A stretch of DNA of 64,000 bases from Antedon mediterranea (GCF_964355755.1 NC_092674.1:10912001-10976000); one strand, 5' to 3'. Numbered from the stretch's first letter, positions 24,891 through 37,080 are shown. Translations and numbers: made by a program. Notes: generated by a model from the letters alone, not told the origin.

Positions 24891-27800
24891 ATTTAGGCAT
24901 AATTTTATACGTAAGTATATACAGTAATATCTAATTCTGTAAGAAAAATGAATTATAAAGCATGATGATAACAATATGTAATTACAAAGTATGACATCAT
25001 GAAGAATTTACTAAAATGGGTAAAGATAGTAAGTATATAGTAAGAGCTACATCTGTCGTTTTAAACTTTAAAATACAAAAAAGTGAGTGAAAAAATAAGA
25101 GAGTGAAGGAATAAAGAATTTAAGTCCAATTACAACCAGAAAACAAAATATTATTTTTGAACTAATGATGTATTAATTTACTTTAAAGAAACATTTTAAC
25201 TACTTTTTAGTGGAGGTTTTTTATCTCTGTCAGTTATTTAAAATAAAACAAATAAAAATAATTAATATAACATGTAAAAAAAAAAAATATTGGATAGGCT
25301 TTATAAAGAAAATAATTCATTAAAATTATTATTTTAAGAACAAGAAAATGAATACTATAATAATATTGAAATACCAGGATTGGATGAATGGAAATTAATT
25401 GATTTCAATTTCATATACTTTACTTTTGGTACTACAGTACCTTATTTAGTAATAGAGAAACAATAGCTAATAAGTAAAAGTATGGGGCATCCCAATAGCC
25501 TACAAACCAAATTTTAAGCTTGTGCACTAGCCAATTTTGTTCGCACAAATGATAAGTGTCAGCTATGCTTGCAACAAATTCTGTGTTGTATTTGTAGAGT
25601 ATATTTTTATATTTTGTCAATTATACGCCATTCAGTCTTGTGCCTCCATTATGTTTTTATGTGCAATTTGAATAAAATATTTTCATTAGTGTATTTTTTT
25701 CAAAATTTAGGGAAAGAGGGTAGGAGAGGGGGGACATTCACCTCTTGGATCTGTCTCAGACTGAAACAAATTACAGATAAAAACCACAACAAGTAATTCC
25801 AACTTCCTAAAAACAGAATATTTAGTGTTCTATTTGTGTTCTGTCAGCAAATAGTGAAATAGAGTACAGGAAACTACCCCATACAAGATCAAGGTCAAAT
25901 CTATAAATACAACTAAAACAAGATTTTGGAGAATAAAATAGAAAATATTCCTAAGAATTATCCATGATTTTAATTAGATGATTCTATTTTTAAATTAGAC
26001 ACAGGAAATGTGGAATTTTTAATTCTGGAAAAACTGAACTGATTTAATGGGCTTCACTAAAATTGTCTAAAATGGAAAGAGAAATATCTTTCTATATTTA
26101 AATATGGTGGTAGTATATCTACTGTAAATGTGAAGTTTTAAATGTTAAAATGTGAATTAAATAAATGTTGATTCAGAACGGTTCTTGATTTTTGTACAAG
26201 AAATTATAAAGGTTACTGCAATGTACTTTTATGTATTTTTGTGTGAATAACACCATGGAGGCAGTAATATATTCAAGCATGACTGTGTGCAACCAAGCAT
26301 GACCATACACAGGCAAACGTTAATGTATGCATGAATATTGGTTTGTTTTGTTGTAGATCGTCTACTCTAAACAAACCGATTGCTATTTGCTAATATGAAT
26401 AAAAGTAACAATTAGAAGATAACCCCAATTTACTTTTAATAAGACTAACATTGTGGGAATTTAAATTTGTTTTGTTCTGGTTTATTGTAATAAAATCTGA
26501 CAAAATAAAAATTTAATGTCGCATGCAAATACAGGCTTGTAGTGGATATATTATTATATAGGAAGATCTACAGTTCAAATTCAAAACAAGAATTTCTATT
26601 TGCAGTGGTTAGATATTTTAAAGTTAAAATAAATTCATAAAATAAATATATATTTATATCATATAAAATGTGTAGCTTACAGTAATAGTGGTTAAATTGT
26701 ATGAACATGTATATGATCATAGATATATTATATCTCTATATGATAAAATGTTTATTTTTTATCTAATTATGTAAAATTGTGTAACTTTGTGTTTTTCCCT
26801 CAAATTAGAAAATAATCTATAATAAAACCATTCATTTCCATTCACCAGATAAATATCAACCAAAGGGTTTATCAAGTATAATGCATACACCAAAAGAAAC
26901 ACACCATTTATATTGTTGATGATGAAATAGTTCTACATTTATTCTTGAATGTTATACAAATAATGAATGTTTATGAGTGCAATGAAACAAATAATTTCAT
27001 GAGGTGACAGATGAAAATTGGTTATGTTTTCACTATGCACACTACAGGTTGATCAAGCCTAGCCTTGTATCACATGTGTAGTTGCTCACTATCTAACAAA
27101 AATTAACGCCCAAAACAAAATTGCAGTACTCGCATAAAATGACATTGTACTCTTGATGATGTAATTAAGAGTTCAATAGAATATTTATTGAATATCATGT
27201 GACCCACAAACAAATGACAACAATCTACTTAGGTGTGTTATGATGATGATTATGACATATAAATATTGAAATATTGAATGCTGATGATAAATTAATAAAT
27301 ATCCAAATATTTAATCAACAATAATGAATTGTGTTGGAGTGTGCAATAATAATAATACTTTATAGGTAAACAGAACAATAGTGTTTGATGGACTAATAGC
27401 TATTGTGGTCTATAAGTTTAACAATCACAACCTTATTAACCTTTATATTCATCTATAGCCATGATAGTAGAGGGAGAAAATTCATGCAATCCCGGCAATA
27501 AAAACAGTAAACGAAAAAAAAAGGAAAATATACAAAACATTGAACATACTGTACATCATGACATACATAGACATCAGATTTATAACTAAATAACTAACAA
27601 GTTAAAATCTAAAAATTAATGCAGAAATAAAAGGCGATGGGAAGGTGGGAATGGGGATGTATGTTTATCAACTATTATTGGACATAAAAATGTTCATTTT
27701 TTTAGTGTAAATCGTACAAATACCAACATTTTTAAATTTTCTGTGTAGTATTGGTTGACACGTTTCAACCAATACTATACACAGAAAATTCATTCTTTTT

Positions 27801-28556
27801 CTGATTTTGTATTCAAATGTAATTTGTTAATGTTTTTAAACCTAAATATGAAATCAGTCATCAGCTAAGAATTTTCATTCAAATGTACAACAGGTTATAA
27901 TTTAAGCTGTAACAGACAAAGAAATCATTTTAACAAAAATTAATTTTGAATTACCTAATCTCTAAATGCGATTTAATATTTTTGTATAAAAAAATTTCAG
28001 AACGCATAATAATTATGATAATTCGCAAATATTCTTATTTTTATAATTAGATTTTATGATTAATAAAAATTATTAATTGATTTCTTAATTTAAAAATTAA
28101 TTGTTTGTTTAAAAATACTTTTTCTATTCTTTTTTTTAATCAGTGAATTTATAATTATGGAAAATTACAGTACCATAAAAATTAATGAATAATATATTGC
28201 AAAAATGTTGTCTTCATTAATTTTATCATTGATACTAAAAGTTAGAGAGATTCACTAGTTTAAAATTAATTGAAATTAATTAGTTTGTTTAAAAGTACTA
28301 GAATTTATAATAATGAATTTATAGAAGCTATACACAAACAAGAAAGAGAAGCCTATATTAAAACCTATAGAAGATAAGGGTGAGATTAATTTGATGCTAT
28401 TTAGAGGTAATTTTCTTTTCTGTGTGGTAAATACTTAAATAAAAGGGAAGATTTGTACCCTCCCTCTCAGAATTCACCCTACATAATACAATTAATGTAC
28501 AGCTACGGTACACAAAGTGTACACAAATCTCGAAAAATATGATATGCAGTACCACA

Positions 28557-28770
28557 ACTTTACCCCATAATTTGGTCCTAATTTATCATAGCTTTACGCC
28601 ACAATTTGGTACAAATTTATCTACAGCTTTACGCCACAATTTGGTACAAATTTATCCTAGCTTTACCCAACAATTTGGTACAAATTTATCAAAGCTTTAC
28701 CCAATAATTTGGTACAAATTTATCATAGCTTTAACACACGATTTGGTACACATTTATCATAACTTTACCC
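28557..28770. repeat. Minisatellite, about 34 bp x 6
   Basis: Unit approximately CACAATTTGGTACAAATTTATCATAGCTTTACCC. Confidence 0.85.
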
Positions 28771-29119
28771 TAACTGTAAGTGGCATAATGTAGTAAAATA
28801 TATTTCTTATAGTTGATATATGAACAAATACTGAATTTCGTTTATTCATTGAATTTAGACAGAAACTTATTGAGAGAGTGAATGACCCTCAACCTGTAAA
28901 TGACATTTTTAAGTGACTGGCACATATCTTTTTATTACTTACAGACATTCTGAAAATATTTTTTTGTAACAATCTGGCGTAAAAGGCAAAGAAGTTTGGT
29001 TGGCAAAAAGAAAATGTATTGAAGAATGTTAACTCTTTTTATGCACTATAAACTACAAAATCTAAGTGTAATAGTAACTAATAAATAGTGTAGTGTATTG
29101 TGACGTTAGTTTGGGTTAC

Positions 29120-29233
29120 CTGTGCACTCTCTGGATTACTTTGAGCTTCTGGATGCGGCGGGTGAGCAGATTTGCGAGATAGCACTCGTGGCATCCATAC
29201 TGGGCTACTTTTAGGAGCTTGACTACTACTGAC
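29120..29233 (-). CDS. ADCY9: ADCY9-like internal exon (VSSSQAPKSSPVWMPRVLSRKSAHPPHPEAQSNPESAQ), C1b region
   Basis: GC-rich island with acceptor acactgtag and donor CAG|GTAACC; 114 nt, phase 0-0, open, compatible with flanking exons. Confidence 0.7.
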
Positions 29234-30544
29234 CTACAGTGTGTAAAAGAACATGCAATAGTAGAAGTAGTATTAGTATATTTTGTGTCCAAGCTTAGAA
29301 CCATTAAACATAGCAATATGTATGTTTAGTATTAGTAACCAAAGTTGTCAGTAAAAAGTTTTAGTATTAAAACATCTCCAGTGCGACTATTCAAGGGACG
29401 GGGCTATTCAGGGGACGCCCCTATTCAGATGACTGTATGACACACCAATTTACGGGATGCTTTTCTATGAAGCAAACAAGGGGAAGTATGTTCCACACTA
29501 CAGGAAATCCATAAGCATTAAAATGAGTTTCGGCAGCAAGCTTTATATACCAAACACCAAACAAATAGTATGGCTTAAGCCTTATAGATCAGTTTGCATG
29601 AAAATTACTCTTTTGCTATTTGAACCTGTTTGTTGTTTATTTTTATGGAATACCAAGGATAACAAATGAGGAATAGACTTATTTCGGTTTTGTGTCTTTC
29701 GAGAAAATCCCCTTTAACATGCACATAGCTGTGGCAAATCCAGAAATGTTTTTGTGAGATGAGTGGGGTGGGGGGATGGGGTGGAGTTCTACCTTTTAGA
29801 TTGTATTTGTCAAAATTTAGGTGATGGTAGTTCCACCAATGCATAATAGTAGTAGCAGTTGTAGTATAGGTTGCAGTAATAGAGTTAACATCCATAGCAA
29901 TTATAATTGCAATAGTTATGCAATGATAGTAGCATTAATATTATTATTAGCAGTAACATTTCAAACAACAACATTTTATACAAAATACAACATATAAAAT
30001 CGACACAAACACCATAAAAAAGTGGGGCAATGCATGAGAAAGTAACTCTATTGATTAATTTAATTTCATTTTTATGCCAATGTTGACAGATGTCTGTCAA
30101 AAACACCTGAAGGGGACAAGGGGGTGTTACAACCGGGCGTGACGACAGCAGACTTACGGTCAAAGATCATCCTGCAATGCTGACTACTTGTCACAGTTGA
30201 CCGGTATAAGGGTGTTATATATATATATTTCTTTGACACCGACCTAATTTCAACGTTTTAAATTCTTCAATAGAAATTTATTTTAGAATCAGAAATTATT
30301 TATAATCTTGGCCAGTGTTTTCATGGAAAAGTGCAGTAATTTAATTATGTATAGGTTAGCATAAGTAGGAGTTTATTTAACATTAGTTTAAAAAAGTTAA
30401 ATTTAGTTTAGTTTAAGTTTAATTTAATTCTTGTTAGCAACATAATTAAACAGGGAACAAACCCACAAGCATAAGCTTATCAAACTAAATTGTACCCTTT
30501 TCACACAAACTTTGAAGGCCAATTTTTGTAAAGAATGTTGTGAG

Positions 30545-32843
30545 TTAGCATTCTGAGTATGAATTGAAGTCATCTCATTCTGAGTATGAACTGAAGTCAG
30601 CTCATTCTGAGTATGAATTGAAGTCATCTCATTCTGAGCATGAATTGAAGTCATCTCATTCTGAGTATGAATTGAAGTCATCTCATTCTGAGTATGAATT
30701 GAAGTCAGCTCATTCTGAGTATGAATTAAAGTCAGCTCATTCTGAGTATGAATTGAAGTCAGCTCATTCTGAGTATGAATTGAAGTCAGCTCATTCTGAG
30801 CATGAATTGAAGTCATCTCATTCTGAGTATGAATTGAAGTCAGCTCATTCTGAATATGAATTGAAGTCAGCTAATTCTGAGTAATAATTAAAGTCAGCTC
30901 ATTCCGAGTCTGAATTGAAGTCAGCTCATTCTGAGTCTGAATTGAAGTCGGTTCATTCTGAGTATGAATTAAAGTCAGACCATTCTGAGTATGAATTGAA
31001 GTCAGCTCATTCTGTGTCTAAATTGAAGTCAGCTTATTTTGAGTATGAAATTAAAGTCAGCTCATTCTGAACATGAATTGAGGTCAGCTCATTCTGAGTA
31101 TGAATTGAAGTCAGCTCATTCTGAGAATAAATTGAAGTCAGCTCATTCTGAGAATGAATTGATGTCAGCTCATTCTGAGTCTGAATTTAAGTCATCTCAT
31201 TCTGAATATGAATTGAAGTCAGCTAATTCTGAGTAATAATTAAAGTCAGCTCATTCCGAGTCTGAATTGAAGTCAGCTCATTCTGAGTCTGAATTGAAGT
31301 CGGTTCATTCTGAGTATGAATTAAAGTCAGACCATTCTGAGTATGAATTGAAGTCAGGTCATTCTGTGTCTAAATTGAAGTCAGCTTATTTTGAGTATGA
31401 AATTAAAGTCAGCTCATTCTGAACATGAATTGAGGTCAGCTCATTCTGAGTATGAATTGAAGTCAGCTCATTCTGAGAATAAATTGAAGTCAGCTCATTC
31501 TGAGAATGAATTGATGTCAGCTCATTCTGAGTCTGAATTTAAGTCATCTCATTCTGAGTCTGAATTGAAGTCATCTCATTCTGAGCATGACTTGAAGTCA
31601 TCTCATTCTGTGTCTGAACTGAAGTCAGCTCATTCCGAGTCTGAACTGAAGTCAGCTCATTTTGAGAATGAATTGAAGTCAGCTCATTCTGAGAATGAAT
31701 TGAAGTCAGCTCATTCTGAGAATAAATTGAAGTCAGCTCATTCTGAGTCTGAATTGAAGTCAGCTCATTCTGAGTCTGAATTGAAGTCAGCTCATTCTGA
31801 GCATGACTTGAAGTCAGCTCATTCTGTGTCTGAACTGAAGTCAGCTCATTCCGAGTCTGAATTGAAGTCAGCTCATTCTGAGTTTGAATTGAAGTCAGCT
31901 CATTCTGAGTCTGAATTGGAATTGAAGCCCGCTCATAGTCTGAATTAAATTCAGCTCATTCTGAGAATGAATTGAAGACAGCTCATTCTGAGTTTGGATT
32001 CAAGCCAGCTCATTCTGAGTCTGAATTAAAGTCAGACCATTCTGAGTATGAATTGAAGCCATCTCATTCTGTGTCTAAATTGAAGTCAGCTTATTTTGAG
32101 TATGAAATTAAAGTCAGCTCATTCTGAACATGAATTGAGGTCAGCTCATTCTGAGTATGAATTGAAGTCAGCTCATTCTGAGAATAAATTGAAGTCAGCT
32201 CATTCTGAGAATGAATTGATGTCAGCTCATTCTGAGTCTGAATTTAAGTCATCTCATTCTGAGTCTGAATTGAAGTCATCTCATTCTGAGCATGACTTGA
32301 AGTCATCTCATTCTGTGTCTGAACTGAAGTCAGCTCATTCCGAGTCTGAACTGAAGTCAGCTCATTTCGAGTCTGAACTGAAGTCAGCTCATTCTGAGAA
32401 TGAATTGAAGTCAGCTCATTTTGAGAATGAATTGAAGTCAGCTCATTCTGAGAATGAATTGAAGTCAGCTCATTCTGAGTCTGAATTGAAGTCAGCTCAT
32501 TCTGAGTCTGAATTGAAGTCAGCTCATTCTGAGCATGACTTGAAGTCAGCTCATTATGTGTCTGAACTGAAGTCAGCTCATTTCGAGTCTGAATTGAAGT
32601 CAGCTCATTCTGAGTTTGAATTGAAGTCAGCTCATTCTGAGTTTGAATTGAAGTCAGCTCATTCTGAGTCTGAATTGAAGCCCGCTCATAGTCTGAATTA
32701 AATTCAGCTCATTCTGAGAATGAATTGAAGAAAGCTCATTCTGAGTTTGGATTCAAGCCAGCTCATTCTGAGTCTGAATTGAAGTCATCTCATTCTAAGC
32801 ATGAATTGAATTCATCTCATTCTGAGCACGAATTCAAGTCAGC
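30545..32843. repeat. 27-bp tandem array (about 85 units) with higher-order repeats
   Basis: Unit AAGTCAGCTCATTCTGAGTATGAATTG; diagnostic variants recur at 352-bp and about 705-753-bp spacing. Confidence 0.97.
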
Positions 32844-32862
32844 CTTCAATTCTTTACTGTAC

Positions 32863-33023
32863 CTGTTGTAGAGTCGTATTTGGGGCAGGTGCTGTGTCAC
32901 CACCATTTGAACTATTGCCATTTTCAGGTAGGCTTTCTGAGCCTGCAGTACTCTTCGGTGTGTGTGGTAGACCAACTGCACTAGTTTTGTCCTTTTTCTT
33001 CTCAATGAAATGTGTTTTTATAC
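32863..33023 (-). CDS. ADCY9: ADCY9-like internal exon, end of C1a and start of C1b (GIKTHFIEKKK...TTLQQ)
   Basis: Acceptor atttttcag|GT, donor CAG|GTACAG; GIKTHFI matches the GLKTYLI motif closing the C1a domain; phase 1-0. Confidence 0.8.
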
Positions 33024-33237
33024 CTGAAAAATATAAGAGGAAATTACTTTAAATGATTTTAAAATATTGTATTCACTTGTATTGCCATAAACAAGCAAAA
33101 ATAGATAATTATCAACTTCACTTTATCTGTTTATATCTCTCAAGCTACTGCATAGGGTTAGCAATCCTACATTACAATGTACTTTTTACCTATCATCATG
33201 ATTGTAGGCATTTTTCATACAACATACTGCACATTAT

Positions 33238-33786
33238 GGGTATTGCTAAACACCGCAAACCCCCGCAAACCTCCAAAAAAACATAGCAAACCCCACCGAA
33301 CCAACATAAAAGTGATTAAATAATGTAGTGTATGACCCACTGGGTATATAAATTATTAAATTTCTACTGTTAACTACTTTTTGGGGGATAAAACATCATT
33401 TTTTGGTTAAAAATTAGCAATCATTTTTGACCAAAAAATGATGTTTTACCCCAAAAATAAGTAGTTAACAGTAGAAATTAAATTTTTTTTTTACATGGAT
33501 ATACCTAGTGAGTTGTACACTACATGATTCAATCACTTTTATGTTGGTTCAGTGGGGTTTGCTATATTTTTTTGGAGGTTTGCAGGGTTTAACAATCATT
33601 TTTGACCAAAAAAATGATGTTTCACCCCAAAAATAATTAGTTAACAGTAAAAATGTAATATTTTTTTTACATGGATATACCCAATGGGTTGTACACTACA
33701 TGATTCAATCACTTTTATGTTGGTTCAATGGGGTTTGCTATGTTTTTTTGGAGGTTTGCGGGGGTTTGCGGGGTTTAGCAATACCC
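33238..33786. mobile_element. Foldback element with 8-bp TSD and duplicated right arm
   Basis: Termini GGGTATTGCTAAAC / GTTTAGCAATACCC; CACATTAT at 33230-33237 and 33787-33794; a left arm of about 180 bp is inverted against two tandem right arms. Confidence 0.85.
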
Positions 33787-34634
33787 CACATTATCATTAT
33801 ATATTGTTTGAAGGTTTGTATGGCGAAATCAAATGTTGATATAAAGTTTTCGGTACACCACGAATAGTTCTGAAAAGAACTGTTGAGTTTCTCAATATGC
33901 TTTGATCCCTATTGATCAAACGTCAAGAAACTCAACTTTATATCAACATTATCAGTATAAAAACTTAAAATACTTAATCCAACAAGTTTTAGTATACTAT
34001 AACTCATACATTTTCTAAACACACAGTGCTAATTCTAGATGAATTGATATGGATAATTATTCAATTAATTTAAATTGATTAACTAATTTAAACAAAGAAC
34101 TACATTGCATGAGCTTTTAACTTATTTTATAGATTTACTTTATTATGATTCTTTATCATATTGTTAAATATGTATCTGCTGCCCTCTGTTGGTAATACAA
34201 GTTCAATGTAGATAAAAATCACACAATGTTCTATTTTAACTTCAACTTCCACTCTATTTCTCCGAAAAAATGAGAATTAAACTATAAATATCATTAACTA
34301 TTCAATATTTGATGCTGCTCTTCTAATTCACTGTACATAAATTCTATTTATATACTCCAAAAAATCACATGATAACTATCTTTGTTAAAACAGTGAAAAT
34401 GGATACATGTTGCCAAGCTGTTACCAAATAATTTTGTTCCCAGGATGAAATAATAATTGAAATAGGGGTTGATTTATATTTCAAATATTTGTCGATGTAT
34501 TACACAATCTTTATCAATACTACGATTTACTTCATGCTTGGAAGGGGCAATTTTTGGGGTAGGGTTACGGAAAAAAGGATAACGGTAAAGGTAGTATTTA
34601 TCAACCTCAAACTGGAAATTAAGGAAATTTGGAT

Positions 34635-35185
34635 TAGGCCCTTTACGGACCCACAGCAGCCAGTAGTGTAGCTACTGCAGATCAGCACACCGGGACCCGA
34701 TCCCCTACTCTTTTCGTGTACAAAGTTCTTTAATGTGCACTAAGCGAGTCATATGGCCGAGCGGTTAAGGCAGGGGCGCCGTTTATCGTACCTAAAGAGC
34801 CAACAACAACATCGGCAAGGGTTCGAGGCCGACTCGCTCCTAGTTCTGGTGGTGGAACAAGTCTTCTCGGATAAGGATTATAAACCGTAGGTCCAGTGTA
34901 CACAGTTATAACCTGTGTGTACTTTAAAGAACCCAGTTCATTATTCGAAAAAGAGTAGGGGGTTACCCCGGTGAACTGGTTCACACAATAGCCTCTGTAT
35001 CAGGGGGATTACCACCTATCTGATAGGACAGTGATTAATTCACTATTGGTAATCCTTGGCCACAGTGCCTAAAGACATAAATTAAAAATAAAATAAAATA
35101 TGTACACAGGACCAACGGCTTTATGTCACATCTGAAGGTCGAGAAAATGCGAGTAAAGTATCTTGCCTAAGGATGCAATCAGTTT
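34635..35185 (-). mobile_element. Older antisense SINE split by the 34744-35100 insertion
   Basis: Flanks joined on minus read TCCTTAGGCAAGATACTTTAC...CAGATGTGACATAAAGCCGTTGGTCCTGTGTAC / GTGCACATTAAAGAAC...GAAAAGAGTAGGGG. Confidence 0.6.
34744..35100 (+). mobile_element. Full-length tRNA-derived SINE with Nin/Deu-type core
   Basis: A-box TGGCCGAGCGG, B-box GGTTCGAGGCC, core GGATAAGGATTATAAACCGTAGGTCC...TAAAGAACCC...TTCGAAAAAGAGTAGGGG, A-rich tail; second copy at 53305-53597. Confidence 0.8.
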
Positions 35186-36689
35186 GATACAGATGCCACT
35201 GTGTTCTTAAAGAAATTGCAAATGCATGGTGTGTATATCAATTGACATTCATTTTGATGACCGTACTAGTGACATACGAATACAATTGCAGTGAAGTACA
35301 TGAAAAATTATTCATTAATTTTCCAAAAGCCTAAAGCCTTGTTAAGTGTTCCAAGCTCAACTGACCCAAATATCATATCTAAGGTCTGGTTTTTTTTTGT
35401 AATTGAGCATTAATAATAGAAACTGCAAGCATGAACAAAAAATATGGAGCGCCCTCAATTTTTTATTTTAGATTTTTCTCAGTACAGTATTATTTTTTTT
35501 TTAGAGAGACTACATGTCATTAAATAAATGACAAAACCTGTTTTTTTTACAATCATACTGTATTTGTGCAACATAACATTTTTTGTCAGGCCCAACTGTC
35601 ATAACGACACAGTCTCCTAATAATTCAAGTCTTGATGAAATATATTAAGCTGCATCCAATCAGTATCTAATTTAAATTCTTAACTACTTGTTTTAAATTT
35701 CTTTACGAGCACTAAAGTAATTACGATGAAGTCTTAAATAAACATCTCATTATTACAAGGCTTACGATTTGACTGGTCTGAAACTAATGTTGCTGTTTTT
35801 GTGTTTACCTAGGCCTAACTAGACAATTTACAGTCAGACAGAATCTTCATGTGGGCAGGTGAAAAGGGATTTTTGGCCAGTTGATTCTCTTTAACTAATT
35901 TGTACTTCCTAAACTGAATCCAATTTTCATTTTCAAGAAAAAGGGGAAATTTTCTAAATCTTTGCAAACATATGCGTAATGTAAATAAACTCAAATATTA
36001 TTATTAAATAGGTTTATGAGTATAGCTTACTAACTGCAAGTAGAATTTGATTGGCTTGATATGCAGCAAATATTTGATGGGAAATTTGTTGTGGTAGACT
36101 TGTTGTGAACTACTACTGGTAGAGTGCGCTCCACAATATGGGGCGTTGCCCATACCAACAACTAACGAGTGATTGTGAAACATTACAGAACGTATTAATT
36201 TTGACTTCACCTACTGTTCAAAATTTTCCCAAATGTGTTCTTCAGACACACTAAGATGTTGACACCCAGAAACGTTAATCTTTGTCAAGGTATCTGACTC
36301 ATTACTTCCTGAACACTATACTTATCAAATAAAGCACAAATTCATTTTCAAATGCCTTAGGGATCACCTCATCTGTCAGAAATTGAATGATATTTATAAC
36401 AAAAAGCCATGGAACAAGGAATAGCATTTCCTAGTAAATCCCTCCAAAAACGATCTTTTAAAGCTGAATGATGGACAGTTTAATACTATTAAAGTATGTT
36501 ACCTATCGATAAACATGAATTTAATAATTCAATATTTCATATCGACATACAATCTTATTTCTTTTCTTCTATTGCAAAATAACTTTGCAGAAAACTGCCA
36601 GTAAGACTTGTCTAGAATAAGTAATTGTTGCAAGAAATGTTGTCCCGTAATTTGTGATTTGTGACTGTGATTATATCTGAAACAGTATA

Positions 36690-37080
36690 CCGTAAGTCTT
36701 CTAATAGTAACCCACACTCTAATAGTAACCCACACTCTAATAGTAACCCCGCTTCTAATAGTAACCCACCTTATAAGTCAATCTATAATAATAACAACCC
36801 ACTACTCTAATAGTAACATGGGAGTTACTATTAGAGTCACAAAAACTTATGATGGAGCCGTATTTTGAAAATAAGGAGATACTGCATGTTGATCTCAGGA
36901 GTGGGGGAGGATTGAGTGTTTTTGAGTTTATAAAATAAAGTTTGGAAAAGTTGGAGGTGGGTTACTATTTTCATATTAATAATAATATTAATATTGGGGG
37001 CTACTATTACTCTAATAGTAACCCACCCTAAAAAACAATCAAAGAATAATAACCCAGGGTTACAATTAGAAGATTTACGG
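36690..37080. mobile_element. Tc1/mariner-type MITE, 391 bp
   Basis: TIRs CCGTAAGTCTTCTAATAGTAACCC / GGGTTACAATTAGAAGATTTACGG, TA on both sides, internal 18-bp CTAATAGTAACCCACACT repeats. Confidence 0.85.

Noticed and set aside
30107-30171. Possible additional ADCY9 exon (GC-rich island with AG and GT sites)
   Set aside because: Frame 0 after the obvious acceptor hits TGA, and the open frame is phase-incompatible with neighbouring exons; unresolved without transcripts.
30424-32701. Repetitive ORFs (KSAHSEYEL)n and (NELTSIHTQ)n as proteins
   Set aside because: They arise because the unit is a multiple of 3; frames are broken by stops and 1-bp insertions and have no proper start context.
34744-34840. 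Functional tRNA gene
   Set aside because: A and B boxes are present but T-stem and anticodon arm do not fold canonically, and it continues into a SINE core and tail with another copy at 53305.
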